Source of the DNA: a virus
Taxonomy: Duplodnaviria > Caudoviricetes
IMG/VR virus record: IMGVR_UViG_3300027976_000041
Location: 1-60,274 of that record
Length of the DNA stretch: 60,274 nt
Direction: 5' to 3' (one strand)
Each line of letters opens with the position of its first letter. The first letter of the stretch is position 1. Positions 1-10,434 of this stretch are shown piece after piece. The position numbers and the translations under genes were made by a program. The notes beneath the pieces were generated by a model that ran no database searches, was not told the DNA's origin, and saw nothing but the letters and a program-made list of their open reading frames with translations.

Positions 1-615
1 GCTCATTGCGCCCGTACCAATCGCAACATTATTAATTGCTGTGGTGTTACTCTGGAGTGCTTGATACCCGCTAGCCGTGTTGTTGCTGCCTGTGGTGTTG
101 CTGTAGAGTGCGGCCTCACCGTTAGCTGTGTTGCTGCCGCCTGTGGTGTTGCTTAGGAGTGCGTTTACCCCGTTAGCTGTGTTGTTGAAGCCTGTGGTGT
201 TGAAAACGAGTGCGTTCACCCCGCTAGCTGTGTTGTTGAAGCCTGTGGTGTTGGCAGCTAATGCGGCTGTCCCATAGCTTGTGTTACTTGATATCGCACC
301 TGCACCGCGATATGTCACAGCGCCTGTAAAGGTTGCGCCAGATAGATCGGCTTTGAGCGCCAAGTCAGCGCTGCTAGCAGCCCCCAGCGTAGCCCTCGCC
401 GCAGCAGCATCAGCGTCGTCGATTAGGGTGCTCCCGAAGGTGCTGACAGCCGAGACTGCCAGCTTCTCAGCATCCAACTCGTTGAGCGCAGCCTGCACCG
501 TAGTGGCTTCGATGTTGCCTGCTGGGGTGTTGGGCACGTTCCCTGCTATGGGCTTAGTCGTCATTGTGGTGGCATCATTAAAGACCACCTGTGTTGCATT
601 TAGTGAAACTGCCAT
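1..615 (-). CDS. Tail fibre/adhesin-like protein with 14-aa NTTGxNNTAxG repeats (runs off the window)
   Basis: Not in the ORF track. Manual translation: MAVSLNATQVVFND...NIEATTVQAALNELD...NTTGFNNTASGVNAL. AAGGAG SD precedes the ATG at 615. Confidence 0.8.
   Translation of the reverse strand, partial: MAVSLNATQVVFNDATTMTTKPIAGNVPNTPAGNIEATTVQAALNELDAEKLAVSAVSTFGSTLIDDADAAAARATLGAASSADLALKADLSGATFTGAVTYRGAGAISSNTSYGTAALAANTTGFNNTASGVNALVFNTTGFNNTANGVNALLSNTTGGSNTANGEAALYSNTTGSNNTASGYQALQSNTTAINNVAIGTGAMS
30..262 (-). repeat. 42-bp coding tandem repeats (NTTGxxNTAxGxxAL)
   Basis: gcctgtggtgtt recurs with a 42-nt period. Confidence 0.85.
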
Positions 616-625
616 GTTTGGCTCC

Positions 626-874
626 TTATGGTGTGCTACCAGCGGTTACCATCGCTGATCTCAAATTTACGTTTGCCGAATTTACCGTAAAGCTATAAAA
701 GAAAATACTGGTCGCACTACGATAGCTCACCATCTGAATGCCACCAACCGGATTGTCAATCAACTGTCGCACATCTGCATCATTTAGTGAGATTGGCGTT
801 GTACGACCTGGTGTGACAAGCTGAAGCTCAGCCAGAATAGCACTCATTGAAACAACACTAGTTCCTATAGTCAT
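626..874 (-). CDS. Short fibre-associated protein resembling the N-terminus of a fibre-tip adhesin; possibly truncated
   Basis: ISLNDADVR..P.G.I.M motif; lies directly after the S74-chaperone fibre. Confidence 0.5.
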   Translation of the reverse strand: MTIGTSVVSMSAILAELQLVTPGRTTPISLNDADVRQLIDNPVGGIQMVSYRSATSIFFYSFTVNSANVNLRSAMVTAGSTP

Positions 875-1950
875 TACTTATTCTCCAGAGCGACGATACG
901 TTCCCGCAGCATCACAACTTCCTTTGCCAATTCAATGCAAGCGGCGAGTGCGGCGTTACCATAGGCGACCGACAAGCTACCCTCTTCATTAGTAATAACC
1001 GCATCTGGCATCACCACTTGCAACGACTGGGCTGACACACCAACTTGGGTTAGTTCGACATCGGTACGATCATAAATTCCCGACTTGACTTCCGCGAGTT
1101 CAGCGATAAAATCAGCACCAAAACCGCGCCAGTTAGTTTTAACACGCTCATCCGAATTAGCAGTTACGTTATTCGCTGCTGTTAAATTACCAGATGCATC
1201 TAATGTCAGCTTCGTTGATTGAGTACTCGTGTCAGTCTGTTGTTGAAATAACAAAGATCCAGCATCATTTACAACCTGCCTATAATTATGCCCGTTATTC
1301 AGAGAGTGAACTCTGACTTGCCCACCGAGTGACGTTACAATAATAGGGCAATATATAGAAGCATCAAAAGTTTTACTGCCAGTAAATGTCTGGGCACCAG
1401 TAGTAATGATACCCGATGCAGTTGAACTAGCCGCAGGAATTGCTCCATAAGCTACTGCAGTCATCCCGGTCCCAGTCAAAGACCCGGTTGGGCCTGCGGT
1501 TGTACCGGCCGTCCAAGCGAATGTGGTTGGATAGTAATTAGTATCTGTATTATTATCTGCACCCCATGCAGCTGTACCTAAGGCAGTCCATCTAAGAATA
1601 TTTCCAGAAACACCGCCTGCAGGGATATGGATATTGCCAGCCGTAGTTGGGTGGGTATATACAGTATTATTATCTGGCGGTGTACTCCATGCGCCCACTC
1701 CATTTAGATACTGGCTTGCTGTTCCAGCAGCCTTTGCGACTAAAACTCCAGAGTCAGATGTCAGTATAGGTAGATCTGTAGTGGTTCCAATAGCCCCAGC
1801 ATTAGTAATGTTACCATGAGTGTGGCTTGTTGGTGACCTAGAATCAGATAACCGACTATCATCAGAAACCAATCCGGTCATAGCTTCCTGTGCCGTGCCT
1901 GCTGCGTTCATGCGCAGACTTTCTAAAGCTTTGAGTGTTATATTTGCCAT
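874..1950 (-). CDS. Tail fibre protein with C-terminal intramolecular chaperone (peptidase S74)
   Basis: SDERVKTN cleavage motif, GVSAQSLQVVMP, coiled-coil end; Thr/Gly-rich fibre body. Confidence 0.85.
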   Translation of the reverse strand: MANITLKALESLRMNAAGTAQEAMTGLVSDDSRLSDSRSPTSHTHGNITNAGAIGTTTDLPILTSDSGVLVAKAAGTASQYLNGVGAWSTPPDNNTVYTHPTTAGNIHIPAGGVSGNILRWTALGTAAWGADNNTDTNYYPTTFAWTAGTTAGPTGSLTGTGMTAVAYGAIPAASSTASGIITTGAQTFTGSKTFDASIYCPIIVTSLGGQVRVHSLNNGHNYRQVVNDAGSLLFQQQTDTSTQSTKLTLDASGNLTAANNVTANSDERVKTNWRGFGADFIAELAEVKSGIYDRTDVELTQVGVSAQSLQVVMPDAVITNEEGSLSVAYGNAALAACIELAKEVVMLRERIVALENK

Positions 1951-1953
1951 GTC

Positions 1954-3780
1954 TTATGCTCCTGCGATAACTTCGCTTGTGTTGACGGTGCAAAGCCACC
2001 GGATGTTGGTTGCTGCGACCCCTGTTACTGTGATCGCCAAGCCTCCATTGACCGTGTCTGCGGTGAGTACAAGGGGTGTGGCACTCAGACCTGTGATGTT
2101 GTTGAACAGCGAGGTGAGAGTGGATGCGTGCAGTGTGGTGGCTGCTGCGGATGCTACCCGGTTGATAACTGCGGTGAACTCGAAGGCTGCTAGCTCTGCA
2201 CCACCCGCTATGTTTCTACGTGCTGCTACTTGTCCTTGCACAGTCATCATCTGATTGTTTTGGAGGATGAGTTGGTTGTCTGCTCCGCCTGCTGAACCGT
2301 CTGAGCCAAGGGTTGATGCTGTTGCGTTTGTGGTTTCGCGGCGTAGGGTTAGGCTTCCGCGTTGACAGTCTCCAGCGTCTACGAATCTGCCGGAAGCATA
2401 GGCGTATTTACCGGTGATACCTTGAGTATTCGCAGAATATCCGCCTGGGATTGTTGAATATAACCCGCTGGCTGTATTACCAGAACCACCACCTACCGTG
2501 GCATTGGAACCGCCCCCAGCAGCATTCGTGTTGCCACCCGATACAGTGCAGGAAGTGGCATTTGCGGTGTTTGCTGTTCCCCCAGCAACAGTAGCAAAGT
2601 TGCCACTTGCAGTATTAGAAGCTCCACCGGCCACAGTAGCATTTGTCCCGCTTGCAAGACTACTTGACCCGCCGCCTATTGTTGAATATGCACCGCCCGC
2701 CACGCCATCAGCATTTGATCTAGATGACTGCCAATCAACCGCGTTTATGCCTCGTTTATTACCGCCCGCAGCCAAGTTATCCGCAATGTGAGCAGTCAGC
2801 GCACCAGAGCCTTTAGGTTTCAGTGCAAAGTCAACATTCGTTGCTGCATTGGTCGCTGTGAAAGATACAACAGGGACTGTTGCATTCGGCGCTGTTGTGC
2901 TGACTGCGGATGTGAAGTTGGAGACGTCTGTGGCAGTGCCGGTCATCGTCCCCGCCGAGAAGTTGCCAACAGCATCCCGCATTACCAGTGTGCTTGCCGT
3001 ATTCGCTGTAGCTTGGCTGTCTCCTGTTATGGTTCCGTTGAGGACTGCCATGGTCAGGATCTTATTGGTTAATGTGGCAGACGATGTAAGTGTCACAACT
3101 TCTGTCCCAATATCTATAGCATCGTCTGCCACGGAAATACGATTAGCCGTTCCAATTATATTCAGAATATTGCCATCTTTTTTTAATCCTGCGCCTGCAG
3201 TAATTGTTTGGCTAAATGTCAGAGGTGTTACGCCAAGTTCAATAGGATTTACTGTCGTGAGTGTATAACTCATTGACCCAGATATCGTTCCAGATGTTAC
3301 GAATACATCCATACCGGAAGTAACTTTAGAACTTGTATTTGCATCTGTAGAACGGGAGGCTACTACGCCTGATGCAACGACTACATAGATACCATTCTCA
3401 GTTGTAGCAGTTTGATTCTTAAGCAACACCCTATTACCGGTTGCTATTATCACATCATCTATAGTAACGTTATTAATCAATCCCGTGGCTATATTGATAT
3501 TAACAGTAGAGGCAACAAGAACCGATTCCTTATCCTTAAGTTCTTGTTTGGTTGTATCTACATAAAGTCTAGTTGACGCGTCTGTACCATTGGTCGGTGT
3601 AGGTACGGTGACGACTCCCGTAAAAGTAGGCGACGCTAATGTTGCGCGAAGAAGAACGCTGTCACTAAGTGACTTAAAGTTCCCATCGAGTTCCAAATTA
3701 GTAAGTGGTGCACCTTTAAGGATGGTACTTGTAGGAACTATTGGGGTAAGAGATGCCCTGTATTTAATATTACTCATCAT
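1954..3780 (-). CDS. Tail fibre protein with GGxxNxAxG (YadA-head-like) repeats
   Basis: KGAPLTNLELDGNF N-terminus, RVLLKNQT..ENGIY fibre motif, ATVAGGxxNTA repeats. Confidence 0.8.
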   Translation of the reverse strand: MMSNIKYRASLTPIVPTSTILKGAPLTNLELDGNFKSLSDSVLLRATLASPTFTGVVTVPTPTNGTDASTRLYVDTTKQELKDKESVLVASTVNINIATGLINNVTIDDVIIATGNRVLLKNQTATTENGIYVVVASGVVASRSTDANTSSKVTSGMDVFVTSGTISGSMSYTLTTVNPIELGVTPLTFSQTITAGAGLKKDGNILNIIGTANRISVADDAIDIGTEVVTLTSSATLTNKILTMAVLNGTITGDSQATANTASTLVMRDAVGNFSAGTMTGTATDVSNFTSAVSTTAPNATVPVVSFTATNAATNVDFALKPKGSGALTAHIADNLAAGGNKRGINAVDWQSSRSNADGVAGGAYSTIGGGSSSLASGTNATVAGGASNTASGNFATVAGGTANTANATSCTVSGGNTNAAGGGSNATVGGGSGNTASGLYSTIPGGYSANTQGITGKYAYASGRFVDAGDCQRGSLTLRRETTNATASTLGSDGSAGGADNQLILQNNQMMTVQGQVAARRNIAGGAELAAFEFTAVINRVASAAATTLHASTLTSLFNNITGLSATPLVLTADTVNGGLAITVTGVAATNIRWLCTVNTSEVIAGA

Positions 3781-4025
3781 CTATCCAGTTTTTGTAAAAT
3801 AAGATTTATCATAGATTGTATATTTATTATTTCGGTTTTAAGAAACCCAACTGAAGTATCTAATTCATTAATTTTATTAACACCATTTTTAACTCTTAAA
3901 GCGTCAATTTGTGCCCGATGAAAAGCAGAATTATTATTGACGAGAATGGCGCCGTTACAATCCCTAAGAATATTGGGAATAATTTGCCCGGCTTCGTCTT
4001 GAATTATGTTGCTAGAATTATGCAT
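3777..4025 (-). CDS. Small coiled-coil virion-associated protein
   Basis: L.RD..GAIL.NN motif plus a C-terminal coiled coil, as typical downstream of the large virion protein in T4-like phages. Confidence 0.55.
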   Translation of the reverse strand: MHNSSNIIQDEAGQIIPNILRDCNGAILVNNNSAFHRAQIDALRVKNGVNKINELDTSVGFLKTEIINIQSMINLILQKLDR

Positions 4026-6625
4026 CTATAACCCGTTACAGTTGGAATTACCATTCGATTAGTTGATCGAAGAACAATTTTAAGATCATATATATCGAAT
4101 GGCGATAGATCCTCTAAAGTAAACACATAATCTAGTTCTTGTGTTGAGTTTGAAGATAAATTTCTCTCTACAGGACAATTCATCTTTGTCCAATTTAGAT
4201 CGGTGTGAATAAGACTGGCTGATGTCAATGAAGTTCTCATATATACATCCACATTACTTTCCGCAGTCGATATCGCCGTTAGATTAAGTTGGGCGCCCTT
4301 TGAAATTTGAACAAGTGTAAATTGTTTTGTAAAATATTTAGAACGAGCAGAACCGCCGAATGCCAAAAGTTCCGAATTAAATCCAGAAAGTATGGCACTC
4401 CCTATGGCGCCAGTACCATCACCAGCAATTGTAAGTTTTGGTGGTTTTAGATAACCAGTTCCTGCTGTAACCACGGCCAAGGCGGTGACTTGTCCCCCAC
4501 TTACTGTAGCAGTAACAACCGCCTGGACCCCATCTGATAGATGAGGCGGCTCAACAGTTACAGTTGCAGTAGTATATCCGGACCCATTAAATCCCTGAGT
4601 CATGCTAACGCTAGAGATAATAGCCGAAGCACTTGTTGATTCGAAGTCTTCTATACTACTTTGATTATTGATAATATATGCAAATGTAGAAAGTTGAGGT
4701 GGCTCATGAACAACTATCATCGGTGATACATTTGAATTAGTTGAGGACAGACCCATTGTAATCGATGTACCCGCGGGTTCAATTGAATTAAATATGTTCT
4801 GTGTAGCATTAACGGTTGATAACAATATAGAAGGTGCCACAGGTCTATAATAACCCGAGGTAATTCTAGTCGGTGATGATACTGCATACGACTCTGAAGT
4901 AGTAATCAAATCTGTCGTAATTTTACTTCCAATTGGAATATGGTTAACAATTTGAGATTTATAACCGGCCACAATATTATTTGTAGTAAGAATAAAAATT
5001 GATTCACAAATTAGTTTGGCCACTGCGTCTCGTCCTGGCGTATGGCCACCAGTGATCGTTATAGTTGGAGCAACTGTATATCCAGCACCAATATTGGTCA
5101 GCGTAATACTTGTAATTACACCACCGGCAATAACTGGAGTAGCAGTAGCAGCAGTAGTAAATGTGCCAGGCGCACTGGTAATAACTATAGCAGCATCAAC
5201 AATATTATATCCAGCCCCGCCGTCATCGACTATAATTTTATTAACGAAGCCCGGCGTAGCCAAGGAACCAGTAGATGTAGCAACTACTGAAGCCGAAAAT
5301 ATAAAGACATAATCAGAAATTGATGTAATGACAAAATCTCCGGTCAAATTAGCAGCAGAGATTCCCCTAAATACCCCACCTTCTTTTGCGACCAGCGATA
5401 TTTTATTATTAGTTATAAGACCGTGCTGATGTTGTGTACAAACAGTAATAACATTACTACCTATAGTAACTAAAAAGTTAGCCCCCATTAATAGTGTGGG
5501 CGCAGACTTGGCTGTATAAGTCAAATAACTATTTGTACTTGAAGTATCGAAAACCGCTTGATATAATGTAAATTTAATATCTTCGGATTGTTCTGCGGTC
5601 CAGGTCGAATTGTTTTGAGATTTAAACATAGAACCAAGATGAGGCTGTTCAAAAATAGTTAATGTATTTTCGATTGATTTTGCACCCATTTGAGATGTAA
5701 AAACGTGATACGCCATAGAATTTGTTCTAAGTACAAAACAATATTCTTTATTTTCATTAAGATAGACCGGTATATCAAATTTAAATTTTGTCGGAAGCGA
5801 CGAATTTGAAGAAACAGCTACTTCTGTTGGTAATAGAGATTTTCTAGCAAATCTTGATACTAGTGCCGCGCCAGGATAACCATTAACTACTTCCCGAAGT
5901 TCAACCCAAACAGGGAGTGTATTATCCTTGGTAGAAAAGAAAATATCCAAAGATGTCACGAAACAACCACCGATTATACCGTACGTAAAAAACGATTGGG
6001 CGAGAGGGTCGGCTGGACCTACATCAGAACCATCCGAAAAACTCGATATTGAGTCTATAACATCAGTTGTGACAGTTGTGACTTCATTAATTACTACTGC
6101 TGGCGGCGCGCCAACGATATTCATCGTAATCGTCCGCAAAGAATCTTGTGTTTCCTTAAATGTCTCAAGAACACCTTGAGTATAGTATATAGCTGATGCA
6201 GAACCAACCATCGCGCCAGGTACAATATTTGTGCTTAATAGCGGTGTGTCTTGTACTCGAAACACTCGTGAACCAGTTTTAAAGGTGAATGGCGGAATAT
6301 AAAAGTCTAGAACCAATCGACCCTGCGCATCTGTTACCGCTGCAGCGCCCTGTATCAGTCCCGCAGGAGTTATTAGATCATCGATTGAAGTGCCATCAAA
6401 GAAAGCATATAATCTGGTATTTGGTTTTGTATCGACTATATTAATTTTAATAATACGACTTCTCATAAATACTATAGGTAAAGATCCTATCAAATCAGTA
6501 CGGGTAGACGTAATCGTAGAAGATTGTGCGTCGCTAGTAATAACTTGACGAGTCAATATTTGTGTAGTACTTTGTCCAGCATTAGTTAGGTTACCCCATA
6601 GTGTATTACCAGCGCCTGTTATCAT
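4004..6625 (-). CDS. Large virion structural protein (DUF4815/VrlC-like), C-terminal half
   Basis: FMRSR...KPNTRLYAFFDG, DPLAQSFF, GSMFKSQN.STWTA.Q.EDIKFTLY motifs. Confidence 0.8.
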   Translation of the reverse strand: MITGAGNTLWGNLTNAGQSTTQILTRQVITSDAQSSTITSTRTDLIGSLPIVFMRSRIIKINIVDTKPNTRLYAFFDGTSIDDLITPAGLIQGAAAVTDAQGRLVLDFYIPPFTFKTGSRVFRVQDTPLLSTNIVPGAMVGSASAIYYTQGVLETFKETQDSLRTITMNIVGAPPAVVINEVTTVTTDVIDSISSFSDGSDVGPADPLAQSFFTYGIIGGCFVTSLDIFFSTKDNTLPVWVELREVVNGYPGAALVSRFARKSLLPTEVAVSSNSSLPTKFKFDIPVYLNENKEYCFVLRTNSMAYHVFTSQMGAKSIENTLTIFEQPHLGSMFKSQNNSTWTAEQSEDIKFTLYQAVFDTSSTNSYLTYTAKSAPTLLMGANFLVTIGSNVITVCTQHQHGLITNNKISLVAKEGGVFRGISAANLTGDFVITSISDYVFIFSASVVATSTGSLATPGFVNKIIVDDGGAGYNIVDAAIVITSAPGTFTTAATATPVIAGGVITSITLTNIGAGYTVAPTITITGGHTPGRDAVAKLICESIFILTTNNIVAGYKSQIVNHIPIGSKITTDLITTSESYAVSSPTRITSGYYRPVAPSILLSTVNATQNIFNSIEPAGTSITMGLSSTNSNVSPMIVVHEPPQLSTFAYIINNQSSIEDFESTSASAIISSVSMTQGFNGSGYTTATVTVEPPHLSDGVQAVVTATVSGGQVTALAVVTAGTGYLKPPKLTIAGDGTGAIGSAILSGFNSELLAFGGSARSKYFTKQFTLVQISKGAQLNLTAISTAESNVDVYMRTSLTSASLIHTDLNWTKMNCPVERNLSSNSTQELDYVFTLEDLSPFDIYDLKIVLRSTNRMVIPTVTGYRCIILAT

Positions 6626-6690
6626 AATTTTTGCCCCACTTTATTGAAAAAGTTTTTCCTAATTTTATTAATTTTTGATGTTATCATTTT

Positions 6691-9600
6691 TTATTTCTGT
6701 TCTGAGCGTACTGTATACTCACCCTTAAATAGTGATTTCCACTCAACCTTTTTTACGAATACACCAATGAACCAAGAAATCGGTTTAAAAAATACTTCGC
6801 GGATAATCATGCCCTTAATATTCGGTTTAGAATTTTTTACACCCATTTTATATGCAATATCTTCGGCAAACCATCGTGTTGGGTATACAATTAGTTTAGC
6901 AAAAATTTTATATCTACGTATCAGCTTGACAATACTCCGACCCCAGAAATGATAACCCCGCATAGTCTGTTCCGAAAAATTATTTTTACTATATTTAATA
7001 TCGGCGCGCCATAATTCTCGCGAGATGACGCCTGTGCGATAAAATTCTGTACATATAATTTTGCCGCTATCGCCCCCGCTATCGCCCGGTCCAGCGTCGC
7101 TGCCAAAGTCGGACGGCGCGAAGTTACCAGAAACTGACTCACCAACATCCTGCACATCCATCATCGCCTGACCAGAATCGTCGACCCAGCCGCTATCGAC
7201 AAACGAGCTATTATCGGTGTCGCCGCCCCCTGTCGATGTAATGGGGACTATGACCAGGCCAGGCACTGTTCTAAAAACATTTATTGTGGTTTTATTAATA
7301 ATTGGCGGCGGCGCTGGTGTAAATTGAATCAGAGCACCAGCAGTCGGTTGCCAATCATAGGACCGATGTATTTCAGTCGTTTGAGTCTGAGCGTCATTAA
7401 TGTGCATAGGTAAATATTCAGTCTCAACCCAATTATCAAAAGAAGGTACCAGTTCCATATATCCAGTCCACCCAAAGGATAAAAACGGATTTAAATTAGT
7501 TTGATTAGATGATAAAGGCTGCTTGGCAAAAGTTATTTCGGTATATGGTAATGTATATACCATATTACTATCACCAAGTTGGATGTTATTAGTTGTTTTA
7601 AGCGTCATATCAATTAATTGACGTTCGATCTGAGGAATAATTCCACTACCCGTATATGTAACACTAAATTCTAAATTACCAAGATTAGAAATGGTATCTG
7701 GATTATCGAACGACTCAACTAAATAGCCAGATTTAAAACGATTCAATCCAGTTGCGGCATCAACCACATCAAAATTGATGGTATTTTTTTCCGACATCGA
7801 AAGCAAAGCGAAATTTTCAATATTCATAACACGCTTTTCGAGTCTACCAAGTCCCGCCATAGTATAGCCTCGGTTTTTTGGTATAGTGATACGAATATCT
7901 TTCGTCCGCCTTGTGTACGCTGGAATAAATAATCTTGCAAGTACTAAAATATCCAATGGAATATTTGGTGCCACCGGTATTTCTTTTGGTGTACCATATA
8001 TTATACGAATTTTAGATGATTTATCCAGAGCCACAATTACAATTTGAGGTATATAGAAGTCAACAATACTTGAGAATCTTGATTGCGGTATTAGCATATC
8101 TGATAAACTATCATACCCATCGCCCGCAGAATTTTCACGAGGTCTAAAATCTATGGAAGAGGCCAGCTTATAGAATCGTCCATCAGATGGTGATTTGAAA
8201 TTAGGAATTAATTCATAATCATCTGTTAATGCTACACTATATGATTCAGGCCCAAAGAAATCACCAGTGCCATGATGTGAGAAATACTCATAATTTACAG
8301 TCAGTGTTCCGGTGACCGGCAACCCAACTAATATTAAGCGCCCGCGTAGATAAGCAAAATCTCTCTGGCCATTATCAAGTTTATAATGATTAGTTACATC
8401 GCCCATTGTAGTCGAAATTACACTATTCAGTTTAAAAATATCAGCCTGCGCTAATAATACGCTTACGCCTGGGGTTAAGCCCTCCTCTTGAGTATTCGGT
8501 ACTAGAGTTTTTGTTTTGCTTGGAATACCAACTTTAGAAACCGCCACGATTACCGCAATTGGAAGATTAGCTGCCCAGGTATCAGTAATTGTAATATTGT
8601 GACCAGAAGAATCCAATGTGCAATTTGCAACAGAAATAGAGCCGTTTGGACCGACGGCAGTAATATTACCAATTTCAAGGGGATCAATAGTAATACCGAC
8701 AGTATTGCCGATACCCAATGTTGCGGTATTAAGACTAGTTACACCTGAGATATATTTGAAGACTTTATATGAAACACCGACTGTTCCAATATTTTTGGGA
8801 GCAGAAAATGGGAGTTGAATAACAGATGAATTACCCCCAAAGTTACCGACCGAACTTATTTCGGTAATAACACCAGTACCATTAGTACCAGTGATAAGAT
8901 CATTTATAATAGGATTTAAATTTGCAGAATTTCGATAGATATAAAGTTCATTATTGGATTTATCCCATTTCCAAACAACACCAGATCGGCCTATCCCTGT
9001 GACAGTAATTGCTTCATCTTTAATAAAATTAGCACCCGAACCAAGAATAGCAAGCTTTTGCAATACTATTCCAATATCTACATTTGTAGACGATTTGATA
9101 TAACCAATATTTTCTAACGAGGCCCCGCCTGTCATTAGAATATCGGTGATAAAGAATTTTGAGATAAAATGTTGTGTAATACTACCAGTATCATGAAAAT
9201 CTATCGCAATAATTTTGGCGGTACCTACTTGGACGCCAGTAGCAAATGTAAATAGCTTAACGGTTTCTCGGGTAACAATGTTCGGTAATGAAAAAATGTT
9301 TGTAACAAACAGATATTGACCAAATGATGGATTAACATTAATAGTTCGGCTATTAATATGTGCGGCCGTCCGAGCTTTATTAATTGAAAACGCTTGTTTC
9401 GAAAGGGTTGTATTCTCAAAACCTTCTATATATGCTTTACCATCATCAATATTTACAACAAACTGTTCAGCATCGCCGCCCTGTGCGACCGTAAATTGCC
9501 CGTTATTATATTTAGTTTTAAGATGTTCTCGAGCGGAAACTTTAAGGCCACGAACAACATAATTACCAGATTCATCAAAGGTCCGCCGTGCCAACGCTTT

Positions 9601-10428
9601 TTCTAGTTCATTATATTTTGGATAACGGGCATGTTCTTCAAGCACACCATCACTAAACCGCATCAATTCAATATAATCATCGGTTATATTAGAACCTATT
9701 GGCGTGGCAACAGGTAAAGTCGTTAATATTAATGACAATTTAAAACGATCCGCTCCAGGTGCTGAAAAGTTAAAAGAGCCATTGGCTGGATCAAGTAAAG
9801 TTTGATCTGTATCTGACGTAACTATAGTTTCGTTTATTTTTAGAAGTACGTGTGTGGTTGGGGTGCTTGTATATTTTCCAATAATAACAGTCTGTTTTGC
9901 TACACTAGCAAAATATCCGTTTACATAATAGACACCCTCGTTGACCGAAGCAGATGCCCCAATACCGATTGCTGTATTAAGACCAACTGTATTAGCAACA
10001 GTTAGTGCCAGAGCACCAGCTCCAATTAGAATAATTTCATTTGCGACAACCTGACCGCTACCAGAAATATATCCAACATATAGAGTACTTGGATCAGATT
10101 CTGTTGCACCAATTGCGTTTTTAATCACAAAGGTAACGCCCGATGTTTGTCCAACTCCAGTTGAACCAATTAGGGTTAATACATCGGTAGTCCCGTCTAC
10201 TAACTTTATATATGGAAGAGTCAGATTAGCCGTTGAATTACCAGGAATAACAATAGACCCATGCTTAAAGATATGGTTGCCAAAGGTTTTTATTTGATTC
10301 TGTATAATAGATTGAATCTGAGTCAGTTCTCGGGCTTGAACAGAGACCCCAGGCTTAAATAGAATTTGATGATAAGCCTTAGCAGGATTATAGTCATCAT
10401 AATAGGGAGCTTGTGAAAAAATGGTCAT
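6691..10428 (-). CDS. Large virion structural protein (DUF4815/VrlC-like), N-terminal half ending in a KIICT domain
   Basis: PYYDDY...ILFKPG.SVQARELTQIQS, APGADR, ARRTFDESGNY, NRFKSG motifs. Confidence 0.85.
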   Translation of the reverse strand: MTIFSQAPYYDDYNPAKAYHQILFKPGVSVQARELTQIQSIIQNQIKTFGNHIFKHGSIVIPGNSTANLTLPYIKLVDGTTDVLTLIGSTGVGQTSGVTFVIKNAIGATESDPSTLYVGYISGSGQVVANEIILIGAGALALTVANTVGLNTAIGIGASASVNEGVYYVNGYFASVAKQTVIIGKYTSTPTTHVLLKINETIVTSDTDQTLLDPANGSFNFSAPGADRFKLSLILTTLPVATPIGSNITDDYIELMRFSDGVLEEHARYPKYNELEKALARRTFDESGNYVVRGLKVSAREHLKTKYNNGQFTVAQGGDAEQFVVNIDDGKAYIEGFENTTLSKQAFSINKARTAAHINSRTINVNPSFGQYLFVTNIFSLPNIVTRETVKLFTFATGVQVGTAKIIAIDFHDTGSITQHFISKFFITDILMTGGASLENIGYIKSSTNVDIGIVLQKLAILGSGANFIKDEAITVTGIGRSGVVWKWDKSNNELYIYRNSANLNPIINDLITGTNGTGVITEISSVGNFGGNSSVIQLPFSAPKNIGTVGVSYKVFKYISGVTSLNTATLGIGNTVGITIDPLEIGNITAVGPNGSISVANCTLDSSGHNITITDTWAANLPIAVIVAVSKVGIPSKTKTLVPNTQEEGLTPGVSVLLAQADIFKLNSVISTTMGDVTNHYKLDNGQRDFAYLRGRLILVGLPVTGTLTVNYEYFSHHGTGDFFGPESYSVALTDDYELIPNFKSPSDGRFYKLASSIDFRPRENSAGDGYDSLSDMLIPQSRFSSIVDFYIPQIVIVALDKSSKIRIIYGTPKEIPVAPNIPLDILVLARLFIPAYTRRTKDIRITIPKNRGYTMAGLGRLEKRVMNIENFALLSMSEKNTINFDVVDAATGLNRFKSGYLVESFDNPDTISNLGNLEFSVTYTGSGIIPQIERQLIDMTLKTTNNIQLGDSNMVYTLPYTEITFAKQPLSSNQTNLNPFLSFGWTGYMELVPSFDNWVETEYLPMHINDAQTQTTEIHRSYDWQPTAGALIQFTPAPPPIINKTTINVFRTVPGLVIVPITSTGGGDTDNSSFVDSGWVDDSGQAMMDVQDVGESVSGNFAPSDFGSDAGPGDSGGDSGKIICTEFYRTGVISRELWRADIKYSKNNFSEQTMRGYHFWGRSIVKLIRRYKIFAKLIVYPTRWFAEDIAYKMGVKNSKPNIKGMIIREVFFKPISWFIGVFVKKVEWKSLFKGEYTVRSEQK

Positions 10429-10434
10429 AGTATT

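Noticed and set aside
1-3780. Diversity-generating retroelement acting on the fibres
   Set aside because: No reverse transcriptase and no adenine-specific TR/VR pair seen.
281-3802. Plus-strand ORFs over the fibre genes (and similar shadow ORFs across the window)
   Set aside because: Antisense shadows of well-supported genes, with no SD or motifs.
6691-7065. Intein/Hint domain
   Set aside because: No C-terminal HN or Hint beta pattern; the domain looks helical and ends at a stop codon.
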